NCBI GenBank assembly: GCA_017444525.1
Contig: JAFSWL010000022.1
Location: 73,879-137,878, forward strand
Direction: 5' to 3'
Length of the DNA stretch: 64,000 nucleotides
From: Alphaproteobacteria bacterium
GTDB taxonomy: Bacteria; Pseudomonadota; Alphaproteobacteria; RF32; CAG-239
Part shown: piece by piece, positions 7,496 through 17,012 of the stretch
Numbering within the stretch: the first letter of the stretch is position 1
Layout: each line of letters opens with the position of its first letter
Made by a program: the position numbers and the translations under genes
The notes under the pieces: model-generated
Databases searched by the model: none
What the model was told of the DNA's origin: nothing
The model's input: only the letters and a program-made list of their open reading frames with translations

Positions 7496-10447
7496 ATGAA
7501 AAAAAATAACAAAAAGATAAATTCAAATATAATCACCGTTCAAAACGCGGAAGGCGATGCTAATACAAAAGCGGAAATTGTGGTACAAAATCAGATAAAT
7601 TACACACCGAAAGTATCGGTGATTATTCCGGTGTATAATGTGGAACAATATCTGCGAGAGTGTCTGGACAGTGTGGTTAATCAGACACTGCGTGAAATAG
7701 AAATTATCTGCGTTGATGACGGCTCAACGGATTCTTCTTTGGATATTTTAAAAGAGTATGCTGCAAAAGACAAGCGCGTTACCGTTATCAAACAAGAAAA
7801 CTTGCATGCCGGAGTCGCACGCAACGCCGGTTTAGCAGTGGCTAAGGGAGAATATATTCATTTTTTGGATTCTGATGATTGGATTGATTTAGATACATAT
7901 CAACAACTGTATAACCTTATTCAGGAGAAACAAGCTGATTTTGTAAAATTTAAATCTTATACCTATGATAATGAAGAGCGCAAAATAGTTAGTTCCTATT
8001 TTACGAATATGAGCGCAGTTAATGACAATCATTTCGGAAGATTTAATGATTGGAAAACGGAATATCAGACATTAGTAAATGTTTCTGATGCCCCTTGGTC
8101 TGGCATATATAATCGTGATTTTTTGATTTCAAATCATATTTTATTTGATAATTTGTTATGCGCAAATGATACGTCTTTTTTCTATAGATGTCTAGTTTCT
8201 GCAAAAAAGATATATCTGGAGCAAAGACGTTTTGTTTATTATCGAATAAATAACTCTGCATCTTTAATAAATATCAGAGCATATAATTTTGATTGTCAAA
8301 TCAAGCAGTTTTTCATCATCCAAAATATTGTTAAAGATGTTCCAGATAAAATAAAAGAAGTATTTCGCAAACATTTAATAAGTGCTTTATTTTACAGATA
8401 TTCTCAATATAAAAATAATACGGAATTAGCTCCCAAAGCAAAACGAGAAATATATAGACAAATTAAAAGATTTATTTATTATGTATCTGAGATAGAAATT
8501 CCAGCGAAATATTTACCTTATTACTATGAAATACTGGAAAGACCTTTAATTTCTGTTATTATTCCTGTCTATAATGCAGAAAATTATTTGCACGAATGCT
8601 TAAACAGCGTTGTTAACCAGACTTTAAGAGAAATTGAAATCATTTGCGTTGATGACGGTTCTTCCGATTCATCTTTGAAAATATTGCAAAAATATAAAGA
8701 TATAGATTCTCGTATTAAAATAATTTCACAAAAAAATAAAGGCTCCGCATCTGCTCGAAATAATGGTATGAAAAACGCCTTAGGATGTTATATTGGATTT
8801 ATAGATAGTGATGATGTTGTTTCTGCAAATTATTTTGAAGCACTTTTAAATTGTGCTTTATCCAAAAGAGCAGACATCGCAGCAACATCCAACGTTCAAC
8901 TATTTAATACTCATGGTTTTCAATCCTTAAAAAACATGGGATTTCAAGGTAAAAAAATCATAGAATCGGTTGAAGATAAAGGCAATATTATTATAACCAC
9001 TGGGGTATCTTGTAATAAGATATATCGCAAAGGATTTCTAGATACTGCCGATATAAAGTGCTTAGAGATAAAGAATGCTGCAGAAGATAATTACTTTACT
9101 GATACAGCTATAATCGCTTCAAATAAAATAACCGTAGTAGATAATGCTATCTATTATTATAGAATTAATCAGACATCACAAACTCAAGTGCTTAAAAATA
9201 GAACACAATTTTTAATGACTAAAATTTATCAAATGATAGATAATTACATTATAAATCAGCATTTAACTCAAACAGAAAAAGACCAATGGTTAGAAATTAT
9301 AAACAAACGAAAAGTTAAAGACTTTATTTACTTTAAAAATACTATGCAATCCATATATATAAAAGATTTTCGAAAACATTTTATTTCAGTGTTTCCAAAT
9401 TTGAAAAAATATGTAGCAGAAATTATAGTTTCTCTCACTTCATATCCGGCGCGAATAAAGACCGTGCATCAAACAATTTATTCCTTGTTGACACAGAGTG
9501 TCAAAGCCGATAAGGTTATTTTATGGCTTGCAGAAGAACAATTCCCGAATAAAGAGAAGGATTTACCACAAGAATTGTTGTCTTTGACCAAAATAGGCTT
9601 AGAAATTGATTGGTATCATGATATAAAAAGTTATAAAAAATTAATTCCGTCGCTTAAAAAATATCCTGACGCAATCATTGTAACGGCTGATGATGATTTG
9701 CTTTATGATAAAAATTGGTTAGAAAAATTACTCCTTTCATATTGTAAAACAACAAATGCAATACATTGTCATCGCGCACATATGATGAACTTTGAGAAAG
9801 GAGTAGTATTGCCATATCGGCAATGGACGCAAAACATCAAACAAAACAAAACTCTTTATAATACGTTCCAGACCGGAGTTGGCGGTGTCCTTTATCCACC
9901 GCACAGTTTGTATAAAGATGTTTTAGATGAAGAAAAATTTATGCGCTTATGCCCGCAAGCCGATGATATATGGTTTTGGGCAATGGCTGTAAAAAACAAT
10001 ACACCTATTAAAGTGGTGGAAAATAATATTACAAAGCTTAACTATGTTGACGGCACACAAAAAACTGCTTTATGGCATAGCAATGTTATTGAGGGACAAA
10101 ATGATATACAACTGCAAAATGTATTAAAAGAATATCCCGAAATATTAGATAAACTGGATAAAACCATATCACCGACACAACCGAAAAATATTGAACAACC
10201 GCATAAAGCTGTTGTTTTATCAGCACATGTTCAGTCCGAACCACTTATTGCGCCGCAATTGAAAAAATATGTTTTATCGTACAATTTGTTCGGTTTTTTA
10301 CCACTTTTTACATACAGACGTCGGGGAGGAAAAGAGGTTTGGAAAATTTTAAGTATTCCATTCTGGAAAGTGCGTAAAGTGGAAAACGGCACAATCAAAA
10401 AATACTATTTTCTCAATTTACCACTGCTGAAAATATCCGATATGTAG
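7496..10447 (+). CDS. multidomain glycosyltransferase: two tandem GT2 (GT-A) domains plus a third transferase-like domain
   Basis: I moved the start to the ATG at 7496, which has an AAGGAAG RBS. Two paralogous blocks VSVIIPVYN..CL.SVVNQTLREIEIICVDDGS occur at aa 47 and aa 355. A third domain carries SLTSYPARI and ADDD. Confidence 0.75.
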   Translation: MKKNNKKINSNIITVQNAEGDANTKAEIVVQNQINYTPKVSVIIPVYNVEQYLRECLDSVVNQTLREIEIICVDDGSTDSSLDILKEYAAKDKRVTVIKQENLHAGVARNAGLAVAKGEYIHFLDSDDWIDLDTYQQLYNLIQEKQADFVKFKSYTYDNEERKIVSSYFTNMSAVNDNHFGRFNDWKTEYQTLVNVSDAPWSGIYNRDFLISNHILFDNLLCANDTSFFYRCLVSAKKIYLEQRRFVYYRINNSASLINIRAYNFDCQIKQFFIIQNIVKDVPDKIKEVFRKHLISALFYRYSQYKNNTELAPKAKREIYRQIKRFIYYVSEIEIPAKYLPYYYEILERPLISVIIPVYNAENYLHECLNSVVNQTLREIEIICVDDGSSDSSLKILQKYKDIDSRIKIISQKNKGSASARNNGMKNALGCYIGFIDSDDVVSANYFEALLNCALSKRADIAATSNVQLFNTHGFQSLKNMGFQGKKIIESVEDKGNIIITTGVSCNKIYRKGFLDTADIKCLEIKNAAEDNYFTDTAIIASNKITVVDNAIYYYRINQTSQTQVLKNRTQFLMTKIYQMIDNYIINQHLTQTEKDQWLEIINKRKVKDFIYFKNTMQSIYIKDFRKHFISVFPNLKKYVAEIIVSLTSYPARIKTVHQTIYSLLTQSVKADKVILWLAEEQFPNKEKDLPQELLSLTKIGLEIDWYHDIKSYKKLIPSLKKYPDAIIVTADDDLLYDKNWLEKLLLSYCKTTNAIHCHRAHMMNFEKGVVLPYRQWTQNIKQNKTLYNTFQTGVGGVLYPPHSLYKDVLDEEKFMRLCPQADDIWFWAMAVKNNTPIKVVENNITKLNYVDGTQKTALWHSNVIEGQNDIQLQNVLKEYPEILDKLDKTISPTQPKNIEQPHKAVVLSAHVQSEPLIAPQLKKYVLSYNLFGFLPLFTYRRRGGKEVWKILSIPFWKVRKVENGTIKKYYFLNLPLLKISDM

Positions 10448-10479
10448 CAACTTTATGACGGCTCAAAATAAAGGAGAAG

Positions 10480-10905
10480 TTTTATGAAATTTCATAAAAA
10501 TATGATTTTGATAAATTAACCATGTGTAGATTGTTTAGGCTGGTGATAAACCATAATGCTTCCCAAAAAGAAAGAACAACAATCTATAAATGTTTGGGAA
10601 TTCAAGTGTGGAAAATATATGAAACCACCGGAGAATCGGATAATATTGTAATTAAAACATATTACTTTTTGGGAATACCTGTTACCCAAATCACCGATGT
10701 TTCGGAATATTATTGTAATGAATACGATGAGCTAGATGAGATTTAGGTGCTATTGTCGCTTTATACTTACAAAAAGCGCTGTGGAAATCAGGTGTGGAAG
10801 ATTTTTGGGTTGCCAATATGGCGGATTTGTAAGATTTCTGATTCCGTAGCCATCAAATACTATTTATTTGACTTGCCGCTTTTTACAATTGAACAACAAG
10901 GCTGT
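10480..10905 (+). pseudogene. two decayed tandem copies of the glycosyltransferase 3'-terminal module
   Basis: The translations IYKCLGIQVWKIYE..IVIKTYYFLGIPVTQI and LYTYKKRCGNQVWKIFGLPIWRICKISDSVAIKYYLFDLPLFTI both match the GT C-terminus LFTYRRRGGKEVWKILSIPFWKV..IKKYYFLNLPLLKI. Confidence 0.5.
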
Positions 10906-10999
10906 AAATTTTAACATTATTAGAAAGTCATAAGTTCGTCACTTACAAAAAAGCACGTCATCATTGTTGATAACGTGCTTTTTGCTAATAAAGAGCCCT

Positions 11000-11980
11000 T
11001 TATTTTTTCAGCGTCAGTTTGCCGTTGTCCATTATGGCTCTGCCGCCGAGCGGAATGGTGATAATCGGTGTTGTATGACCGTAATCGACATTTGCCAGCA
11101 CCGGAATATTTTTCAGTTCCGGCTTATTGTTGATAATAAACTCCAGCATTTCACGCGACATTTTCGAGCCTTTTTGAAAGCGTCCGATAACCAAACCTTT
11201 AACGTTTTTAAAATCCGGTTGATGGCACAAGGCCTGCAAGTCGCGGTCAAACACCACATCACTGGTGTCGCAGGCATCTTCAATCATCAAAATCGTATCT
11301 TTAGGAAATTCCGGTCGATATGACGTGCCGAGCAGCAAATTAAAGGTGCATAAATTACCGCCGACAATCGTACCCTCGGCCTTGCCGTTGTGAATATTCC
11401 AAAAGCCTTCATTTTTGATAAAATCGCGTTTTTCTTGATCCAAAAACCACAAATCATCGCTCCATTCGACAGACGGACTTACTTCCACCGGCGAATCGGC
11501 AAACAGCATTTTTTGCAAATAGTCAAGTGTGTATTCGCAACCTTTTTTCATACCGATTGAGCTGAAATGCGGCCCGTAATAGGTTTCTAATCCGGTGCGG
11601 GCGGAAATAGCGTCCAGCACTGCCGTAATATCCGAAAAGCCGCAAATAATCTTCGGGTTAGCTTTAATCACATCATAATCCAAATGCGACAAAATCTGAT
11701 TGCTGTTAAAGCCGCCGATAACCGTAAAAATCGCCTTAACCGACCTATCCTTAAAGGCGGTCATAATATCCGCGGCACGCTGTTCAATCGAGCCGCAGCC
11801 TTGCATATTCCAATTTTCGTCGGTGGTATTCGGGGCAAATTCGACTGTCAGTCCCATATCATTAAAGCGTTTGACGGCAATTTCCCGACAATCCTGTCCG
11901 ATAAGTTTAAGCCCGCGTGACGGAGCAATTATCATTATTTTATCACCTTTTTGCAACTTCTCCGGAATAATTTTTTGCAT
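11000..11980 (-). CDS. ldcA: LD-carboxypeptidase (muramoyltetrapeptide carboxypeptidase, peptidase S66)
   Basis: The N-terminus reads LQKGDKIMIIAPS, there is an S66-like core, and an AGGAGG RBS sits inside the 3' end of the upstream queH gene. Confidence 0.7.
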   Translation of the reverse strand: MQKIIPEKLQKGDKIMIIAPSRGLKLIGQDCREIAVKRFNDMGLTVEFAPNTTDENWNMQGCGSIEQRAADIMTAFKDRSVKAIFTVIGGFNSNQILSHLDYDVIKANPKIICGFSDITAVLDAISARTGLETYYGPHFSSIGMKKGCEYTLDYLQKMLFADSPVEVSPSVEWSDDLWFLDQEKRDFIKNEGFWNIHNGKAEGTIVGGNLCTFNLLLGTSYRPEFPKDTILMIEDACDTSDVVFDRDLQALCHQPDFKNVKGLVIGRFQKGSKMSREMLEFIINNKPELKNIPVLANVDYGHTTPIITIPLGGRAIMDNGKLTLKK

Positions 11981-12541
11981 CTATTTTTCCTCCTGTTGAT
12001 GGTTAAGCGGTTTACAGCCGCAATAATTTTGATTGTATAAGTTTAATTCTTTGATAAGTGCAGCGCGTAGTTCCTGCATTCCGTGTTTGCGCCCCTCAAT
12101 TTCCAAATACGGAAAATCCGTTTCCGCCGCCGCTTTATATGCCGCCTCATTAACCTGTGCCAGATTTTTCCAGCGCGACACGCCTAAAACCGATGCCACC
12201 GCTGTATAACCGCTGGCTTTGGCATATTCCATTGCTCTTTTCAGGCGCATATAAAAGCAAATTGAACAGCGTTTGCCACGCTCCGGTTCGTTTTCCAAGC
12301 CGCGGGTTAATTCACACCATCGTTCGTTATCGTATTCCAGCTCAACAAACGGCACACCATAAAGTTTGCACAAACGCTCATTTTCATTGCGGCGCTTAAG
12401 ATATTCAGCATAAGGGCGAATGTTGGGATTATAAAACATCACCGCAAAGTCTTTCTTCTGTTCTGCCAGCGTTTTAATCACGGCGCACGAACACGGTGCA
12501 CAGCAAGAAAGCAGCAATATTTTTTCGGTTTTATCAGTCAT
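11981..12541 (-). CDS. queH: epoxyqueuosine reductase QueH (DUF208 family)
   Basis: The N-terminus LLLSCCAPCS and the conserved cysteines of the QueH family are present. The stop codon abuts the ldcA ATG. Confidence 0.65.
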   Translation of the reverse strand: MTDKTEKILLLSCCAPCSCAVIKTLAEQKKDFAVMFYNPNIRPYAEYLKRRNENERLCKLYGVPFVELEYDNERWCELTRGLENEPERGKRCSICFYMRLKRAMEYAKASGYTAVASVLGVSRWKNLAQVNEAAYKAAAETDFPYLEIEGRKHGMQELRAALIKELNLYNQNYCGCKPLNHQQEEK

Positions 12542-12625
12542 AATTCAAACATATAAAAAAAGCTAAAAAATGCAAGTCTAAAATTTTTGCTTGCCCTTTT
12601 ATTGCAAATTGTTTAGTATAATCTT

Positions 12626-12775
12626 GCAGGCAAGAGATTGTCTGCGGAGTGTCGAAGCTCCCAAGAAGAAAATAGCTCCTCATTGGTGGGGAGCCGGCGG
12701 AATATATTGAATACGCCGGACTGACTTCTTGCAGTTTCGAACTCCCGACCACTTTTTTGAGTGGTCTTTTTGTTT
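12626..12775 (+). ncRNA. structured small RNA, family copy A1
   Basis: A -10 TATAAT lies at 12617-12622. A 5' hairpin is followed by closing helix P1, variable helix P2, hairpin 2 and hairpin 3 with the invariant loop GAATATATTGAATA. An intrinsic terminator GACCAC-loop-GTGGTC plus a T-run ends it. Confidence 0.55.
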
Positions 12776-12854
12776 TAATTACAGAGTATGTAACAAAAAC
12801 ACCGCGTTAAATATTTTCGTTGCTTTTTGTTATATTTTCTGTAATATGGGAGTC

Positions 12855-13003
12855 GCAGGCAAGAGATTGTCTGCGGAGTGTCGTAGCTCCTTAAGAGAAA
12901 ATAACTCCTCTATTATGGGGAGCTGATGAATATATTGAATAAATCAGACTGTTCTCTTACAGTTACGAACTCCCCACCTTAAAGAAATTTAGGGTGGTTT
13001 TTT
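12855..13003 (+). ncRNA. structured small RNA, family copy A2
   Basis: The upstream promoter is TTGCTT, a 16-nt spacer, then TAATAT at 12830-12848. The architecture matches A1, with compensatory changes in P1, P2 and the hairpin 3 stem. The terminator is CCACC-loop-GGTGG plus a T-run. Confidence 0.55.
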
Positions 13004-13029
13004 AATATAACAAAAAGGAGTTCAAAAAT

Positions 13030-13254
13030 ATGAGTTCACATAATTTGCTTAGTAAAAAAGTTTTAACAGATATTTGTTCGCGGCTTAAACAATTGCGTCT
13101 TGAGCGTCAACTCAGCATAGAGGATTTGCAAGCCGCCACCCACCTTAAACTCAAAACATTAAAACGTATGGAAAATGGTAAGTGCTTACCTTTCAGATAT
13201 TATCGGCGTTTACTCAATTTTTACGGCAAAGAAATACGAATCGTGATTGAATAA
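13030..13254 (+). CDS. 74-aa XRE-family helix-turn-helix protein
   Basis: An AAAGGAG RBS precedes it. The HTH_XRE-like segment is LRLERQLSIEDLQAATHLKLKTLKRMENGK. It has a paralog at 16590-16814. Confidence 0.6.
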   Translation: MSSHNLLSKKVLTDICSRLKQLRLERQLSIEDLQAATHLKLKTLKRMENGKCLPFRYYRRLLNFYGKEIRIVIE

Positions 13255-13260
13255 AGCCAT

Positions 13261-16080
13261 TTATTTCAACTTGCCTTTCAGATATTTGCCGGTGAAGCTT
13301 TTTTTATTTTTCGCCACTTCCTCCGGTGTGCCTTGGGCTACAATCGTACCGCCGCCATCGCCGCCTTCCGGTCCGACATCAACAATATAATCCGCCATTT
13401 TTATCACATCGAGATTATGTTCAATCACCACTACGGTATTACCCTGTTCTACCAACATTTCCAAAACGTCAAGCAAATGTTGAATATCTTCAAAATGCAA
13501 ACCGGTTGTCGGCTCGTCTAAAATATACAAAGTTTTACCGGTGGCTTTTTTGCTAAGTTCTTTAGAGAGTTTGATGCGTTGCGCCTCGCCTCCGGAAAGT
13601 GTCGGTGCCGGCTGTCCGAGTTTAACATAACCCAAACCCACACGGCGCAATAAATCCAACCGCCGTTTTATTGCCGGAATATTCTCAAAAAACTTGTAAG
13701 CGTCGTCAATTGTCATATCCAAAACATCGGCAATCGACTTATCCTTAAATTTGATTTCAAGAGTTTCGCGGTTGTAGCGGGTACCATGGCAGGCATCGCA
13801 CGGAACATACACGTCCGGCAAAAAGTTCATCTCGATTTTCATTACGCCGTCACCTTTGCAGGCCTCGCAACGACCGCCGGCAACATTAAACGAAAAATAG
13901 CCCGAAGTATAGCCGCGCGCTTTAGCCTCCGGCAATTCGGCAAACCAATCGCGGATATTGGTAAACACACCGGTATAAGTTGCCGGATTAGAACGCGGCG
14001 TGCGCCCTATCGGCGATTGGTCAATATCAATCACCTTATCGATATTTTCCAAGCCGATGAGTTTATCATACGGCCCCGGCGGCACACGAGAGCCGTTCAT
14101 TTCTTTATCCACCGCCTTAAACAGCGTTTCTAAAATCAGCGAAGATTTACCGCTGCCGGAAATACCGGTAACACAAGTAAACGTGCCAAGCGGTATTTTT
14201 AAATCAACATTTTTCAAATTGTTGGTGCGCGCACCTTTGAGCTCCAAAAATTTACCGTTTCCCTTGCGGCGAATCGGCGGCAAGGCAATTTCTTTTTCAC
14301 CATTCAAATATTTGGCAGTGAGGCTGTTCGGATTATGCAAAACCTCGTCAACCGTGCCGGCGGCGGTAACTTCCCCGCCCAAAGTGCCGGCAAGCGGTCC
14401 CATATCCACCAGATAATCGGCGGCGCGCATGGCATCTTCATCATGTTCCACTACAATCACGGTATTGCCGATATCACGCAGACGGCGCAGACTGTCGAGA
14501 AGTTTATCATTATCGCGCTGGTGTAAACCGATGGAAGGCTCATCCAAAACGTACATCACGCCGGTTAAACCCGTACCGATTTGTGAAGCCAAGCGAATCC
14601 GTTGAGCCTCACCGCCGGAAAGAGTTCCCGACTGGCGCGACAAAGTCAGATAATCAAGCCCGACATTATTCAAAAAGCTTAATCTTTCGCGGATTTCTTT
14701 TAATATTTTGCGGGCAATTTCCTGCTTTTGCGGAGTTAATGTTGCCTCAACATTATCAAACCACTCCAACGCTTGTTTAATTGACATATTGCTGGCATCA
14801 ATAATATCTAAACCGGCAATTTTAACCGCCAAAGCCTCCTGTTTAAGCCGTTTGCCGTGGCAAACTTCACAAGGAGCGGCCGATTGATAATGCGAAAGCT
14901 CATCACGCACCGCTGCCGAATCGGTTTCCACAAAACGGCGTTCTAAATTAGGAATCACTCCTTCAAACGGTTTATCCGATACCCATTTGGAATAAACCAT
15001 CGGCACGCAGCGATTACCTGAGCCGTAGAGTATTGTTTCTTGTGCATACTCTGGCAAGTCTTTCCACGGAGTTTTGTTGGATATATCAAGATATTCACAT
15101 AAAGAATTTAAGGTCTGGCGATAAAAAATCGAATGACTGCTGACCGACCACGGGGCAATCGCTCCGCCTGCCAGACTCAGATTTTCATTCGGCACCACCA
15201 ACTCCGGATCCATATATAAACTGGCGCCCAAACCACCGCAATGCGGACAAGCCCCCTGCGGATTGTTGAACGAAAACAACCGCGGTTCAATCTCCTCGAT
15301 CGTAAATCCCGATACCGGACAGGCAAATTTAGAAGAAAACGTAGTGCGTGATTTATCACTCATATTTTCGACATACAATAAGCCGTCACTCAATTTTAAG
15401 GCGGTTTCCACCGATTGCGCCACGCGGGTTTGAATCCCCTCTTTTATCACAATGCGGTCAATTACCACTTCAATATTATGTTTAATATTTTTGTTCAAAT
15501 TCGGCAATTCTTCAATGTTATAAATCTCGCCATCTATATCTAAGCGCTGAAAGCCTTTTTTCTGCAATTCGGCAAATTCTTTTTTAAACTCGCCTTTTTT
15601 ACCTCGAGCAATCGGCGAAAGTAAAATAAGTTTTGAGCCTTGCGGGTATTCCAAAATTTTATCAACCATTTGGGTTAAAGACTGAGCTTCAATCGGCAAT
15701 CCTGTTGCCGGCGAATACGGAGTGCCGGCACGCGCCCACAGCAAACGCATGTAGTCATATATTTCCGTTATAGTACCGACCGTTGAACGCGGATTATGAG
15801 AAACAGTTTTCTGTTCAATTGAAATTGCCGGAGATAGACCCTCTATCGAATCGACATCAGGCTTATTCATCAAATCTAAAAATTGTCGGGCATAAACCGA
15901 AAGACTTTCAACATACCGACGTTGTCCTTCCGCATATATGGTATCAAATGCCAAAGAAGACTTACCCGAACCGGATAAGCCGGTAATAACCGTCAGCTTG
16001 TTTTTCGGAATATTAACATTCACGTTTTTCAAGTTGTGCTGGCGTGCGCCTTTGATTTCGATATATTTACTTTCTGCCAT
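13261..16080 (-). CDS. uvrA: excinuclease ABC subunit A
   Basis: It has two ABC ATPase modules ([10 protein letters not shown] and [10 protein letters not shown]) and zinc-finger cysteines. I moved the start to [11 protein letters not shown] at 16080, which has a GGAG RBS. Confidence 0.93.
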   Translation of the reverse strand: MAESKYIEIKGARQHNLKNVNVNIPKNKLTVITGLSGSGKSSLAFDTIYAEGQRRYVESLSVYARQFLDLMNKPDVDSIEGLSPAISIEQKTVSHNPRSTVGTITEIYDYMRLLWARAGTPYSPATGLPIEAQSLTQMVDKILEYPQGSKLILLSPIARGKKGEFKKEFAELQKKGFQRLDIDGEIYNIEELPNLNKNIKHNIEVVIDRIVIKEGIQTRVAQSVETALKLSDGLLYVENMSDKSRTTFSSKFACPVSGFTIEEIEPRLFSFNNPQGACPHCGGLGASLYMDPELVVPNENLSLAGGAIAPWSVSSHSIFYRQTLNSLCEYLDISNKTPWKDLPEYAQETILYGSGNRCVPMVYSKWVSDKPFEGVIPNLERRFVETDSAAVRDELSHYQSAAPCEVCHGKRLKQEALAVKIAGLDIIDASNMSIKQALEWFDNVEATLTPQKQEIARKILKEIRERLSFLNNVGLDYLTLSRQSGTLSGGEAQRIRLASQIGTGLTGVMYVLDEPSIGLHQRDNDKLLDSLRRLRDIGNTVIVVEHDEDAMRAADYLVDMGPLAGTLGGEVTAAGTVDEVLHNPNSLTAKYLNGEKEIALPPIRRKGNGKFLELKGARTNNLKNVDLKIPLGTFTCVTGISGSGKSSLILETLFKAVDKEMNGSRVPPGPYDKLIGLENIDKVIDIDQSPIGRTPRSNPATYTGVFTNIRDWFAELPEAKARGYTSGYFSFNVAGGRCEACKGDGVMKIEMNFLPDVYVPCDACHGTRYNRETLEIKFKDKSIADVLDMTIDDAYKFFENIPAIKRRLDLLRRVGLGYVKLGQPAPTLSGGEAQRIKLSKELSKKATGKTLYILDEPTTGLHFEDIQHLLDVLEMLVEQGNTVVVIEHNLDVIKMADYIVDVGPEGGDGGGTIVAQGTPEEVAKNKKSFTGKYLKGKLK

Positions 16081-16181
16081 TTTTTTCTCCGTTGCGATTG
16101 ATATATACCAATTACATGCGTTTCGCAACTGTTTAATAAATAAAACTTGCTTTTTTAAGCAAACTGATTACAATGACTGTT

Positions 16182-16329
16182 GCAGATAAGAGATTGTTTG
16201 CGGAGTATCCTAACTCCTTCCATAATATATAAACTCCTCAATGGTGGGGAGCCGGTTGAATATATTGAATAGACCGGACTGTTTATGGACAGTTAGGAAC
16301 TCCCGACCACTTTTTTGAGTGGTCTTTTG
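16182..16329 (+). ncRNA. structured small RNA, family copy B1
   Basis: It has the same architecture as A1 and A2. P1 carries a C-G versus G-C swap and P2 is a new but still complementary pair UCCAUAA/UUAUGGA. The terminator GACCAC...GTGGTC is followed by a T-run. Confidence 0.55.
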
Positions 16330-16411
16330 TTTTGATTACAGAACGTCTAACAAAGGTGATACCTTAAATATTTTCGTTGCTTTTTGTTATATTTTCTGTA
16401 ATATGGGAGTC

Positions 16412-16558
16412 GCAGATAAGAGATTGTCTGCGGAGTGTCGAAGCTCTACCAATAGAAAATAACTCCTCGCTGGTGGGGAGCCGGTTGAATATATTGAATA
16501 GACCGGACTGACTATTGGCAGTTTCGAACTCCCGACCACTTTTTGAGTGGTCTTTTTG
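16412..16558 (+). ncRNA. structured small RNA, family copy B2
   Basis: Its promoter TTGCTT, a 16-nt spacer, then TAATAT is identical to that of A2. P2 is CCAAUAG/CUAUUGG. It ends in the same terminator. Confidence 0.55.
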
Positions 16559-16589
16559 TTTTGATAACTGCAAAAAGGAGTTCTGAAAA

Positions 16590-16814
16590 ATGAGTACGCA
16601 TAATCTGCTCAGCAAAGAAGTTTTAACGGAAATTTGCGCACAATTTAAACAGTTAAGAATTGAACATCAACTCAGTATCGAGGAATTGCAAATCGCCACA
16701 AACCTTAGCCTCAAAGTATTAAAACGCATGGAAAACGGCAAATGTATGCCTTTCAGATATTATCGACGTTTGCTGGAATTTTATGGTAAAAAAGCTCGAG
16801 TTGTAATTGAATAA
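16590..16814 (+). CDS. 74-aa XRE-family helix-turn-helix protein, paralog of 13030-13254
   Basis: It is about 70% identical to the product of 13030-13254 over its whole length, and it has the same RBS and the same upstream RNA pair. Confidence 0.6.
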   Translation: MSTHNLLSKEVLTEICAQFKQLRIEHQLSIEELQIATNLSLKVLKRMENGKCMPFRYYRRLLEFYGKKARVVIE

Positions 16815-17012
16815 AGTCATAAAAAAAGGCTCGGATAACGCATTTTTTTACGTCATTCTGAACGGACACTTAGTGTCATCGTGAAGAATCCATTTCGTTC
16901 CGACAGAACGAAACAACACCTGATGGCGTTGCCGGATACTTTGCCTGTCGGCTCAGTATGACGGGGAAAACAACACTTTTTTTAATCGAGCGTATTTTTA
17001 GCAGCAATCCGT

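Noticed and set aside
10522-10746. A 74-aa ORF from the six-frame track treated as a gene
   Set aside because: Its sequence is a decayed duplicate of the glycosyltransferase C-terminal module and it has no RBS. I call it a fossil fragment and not a gene.
13326-15986. Multiple 60-140-aa ORFs on the plus strand inside uvrA, and similar antisense ORFs inside addA, addB, acrB, the 20168-23647 gene and others
   Set aside because: They lie entirely inside long, well-supported genes on the opposite strand or in other frames. They have no RBS and their low-complexity translations are typical of antisense ORFs.
16081-16180. LexA (SOS) box upstream of uvrA
   Set aside because: I looked for the alphaproteobacterial GTTC-N7-GTTC or GAAC-N7-GAAC direct repeat and found only weak partial matches (GTTGCGAAACGC). 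There are not enough to call.
12626-16558. The repeat family as a MITE, IS remnant or integron attC-like site
   Set aside because: No transposase or integrase is nearby. The complementary segments are internal to the unit and are not recognition sequences at its ends. The copies differ by compensatory base-pair swaps, which transposase-recognised inverted repeats do not show. The promoter plus terminator organisation fits transcribed RNA genes.
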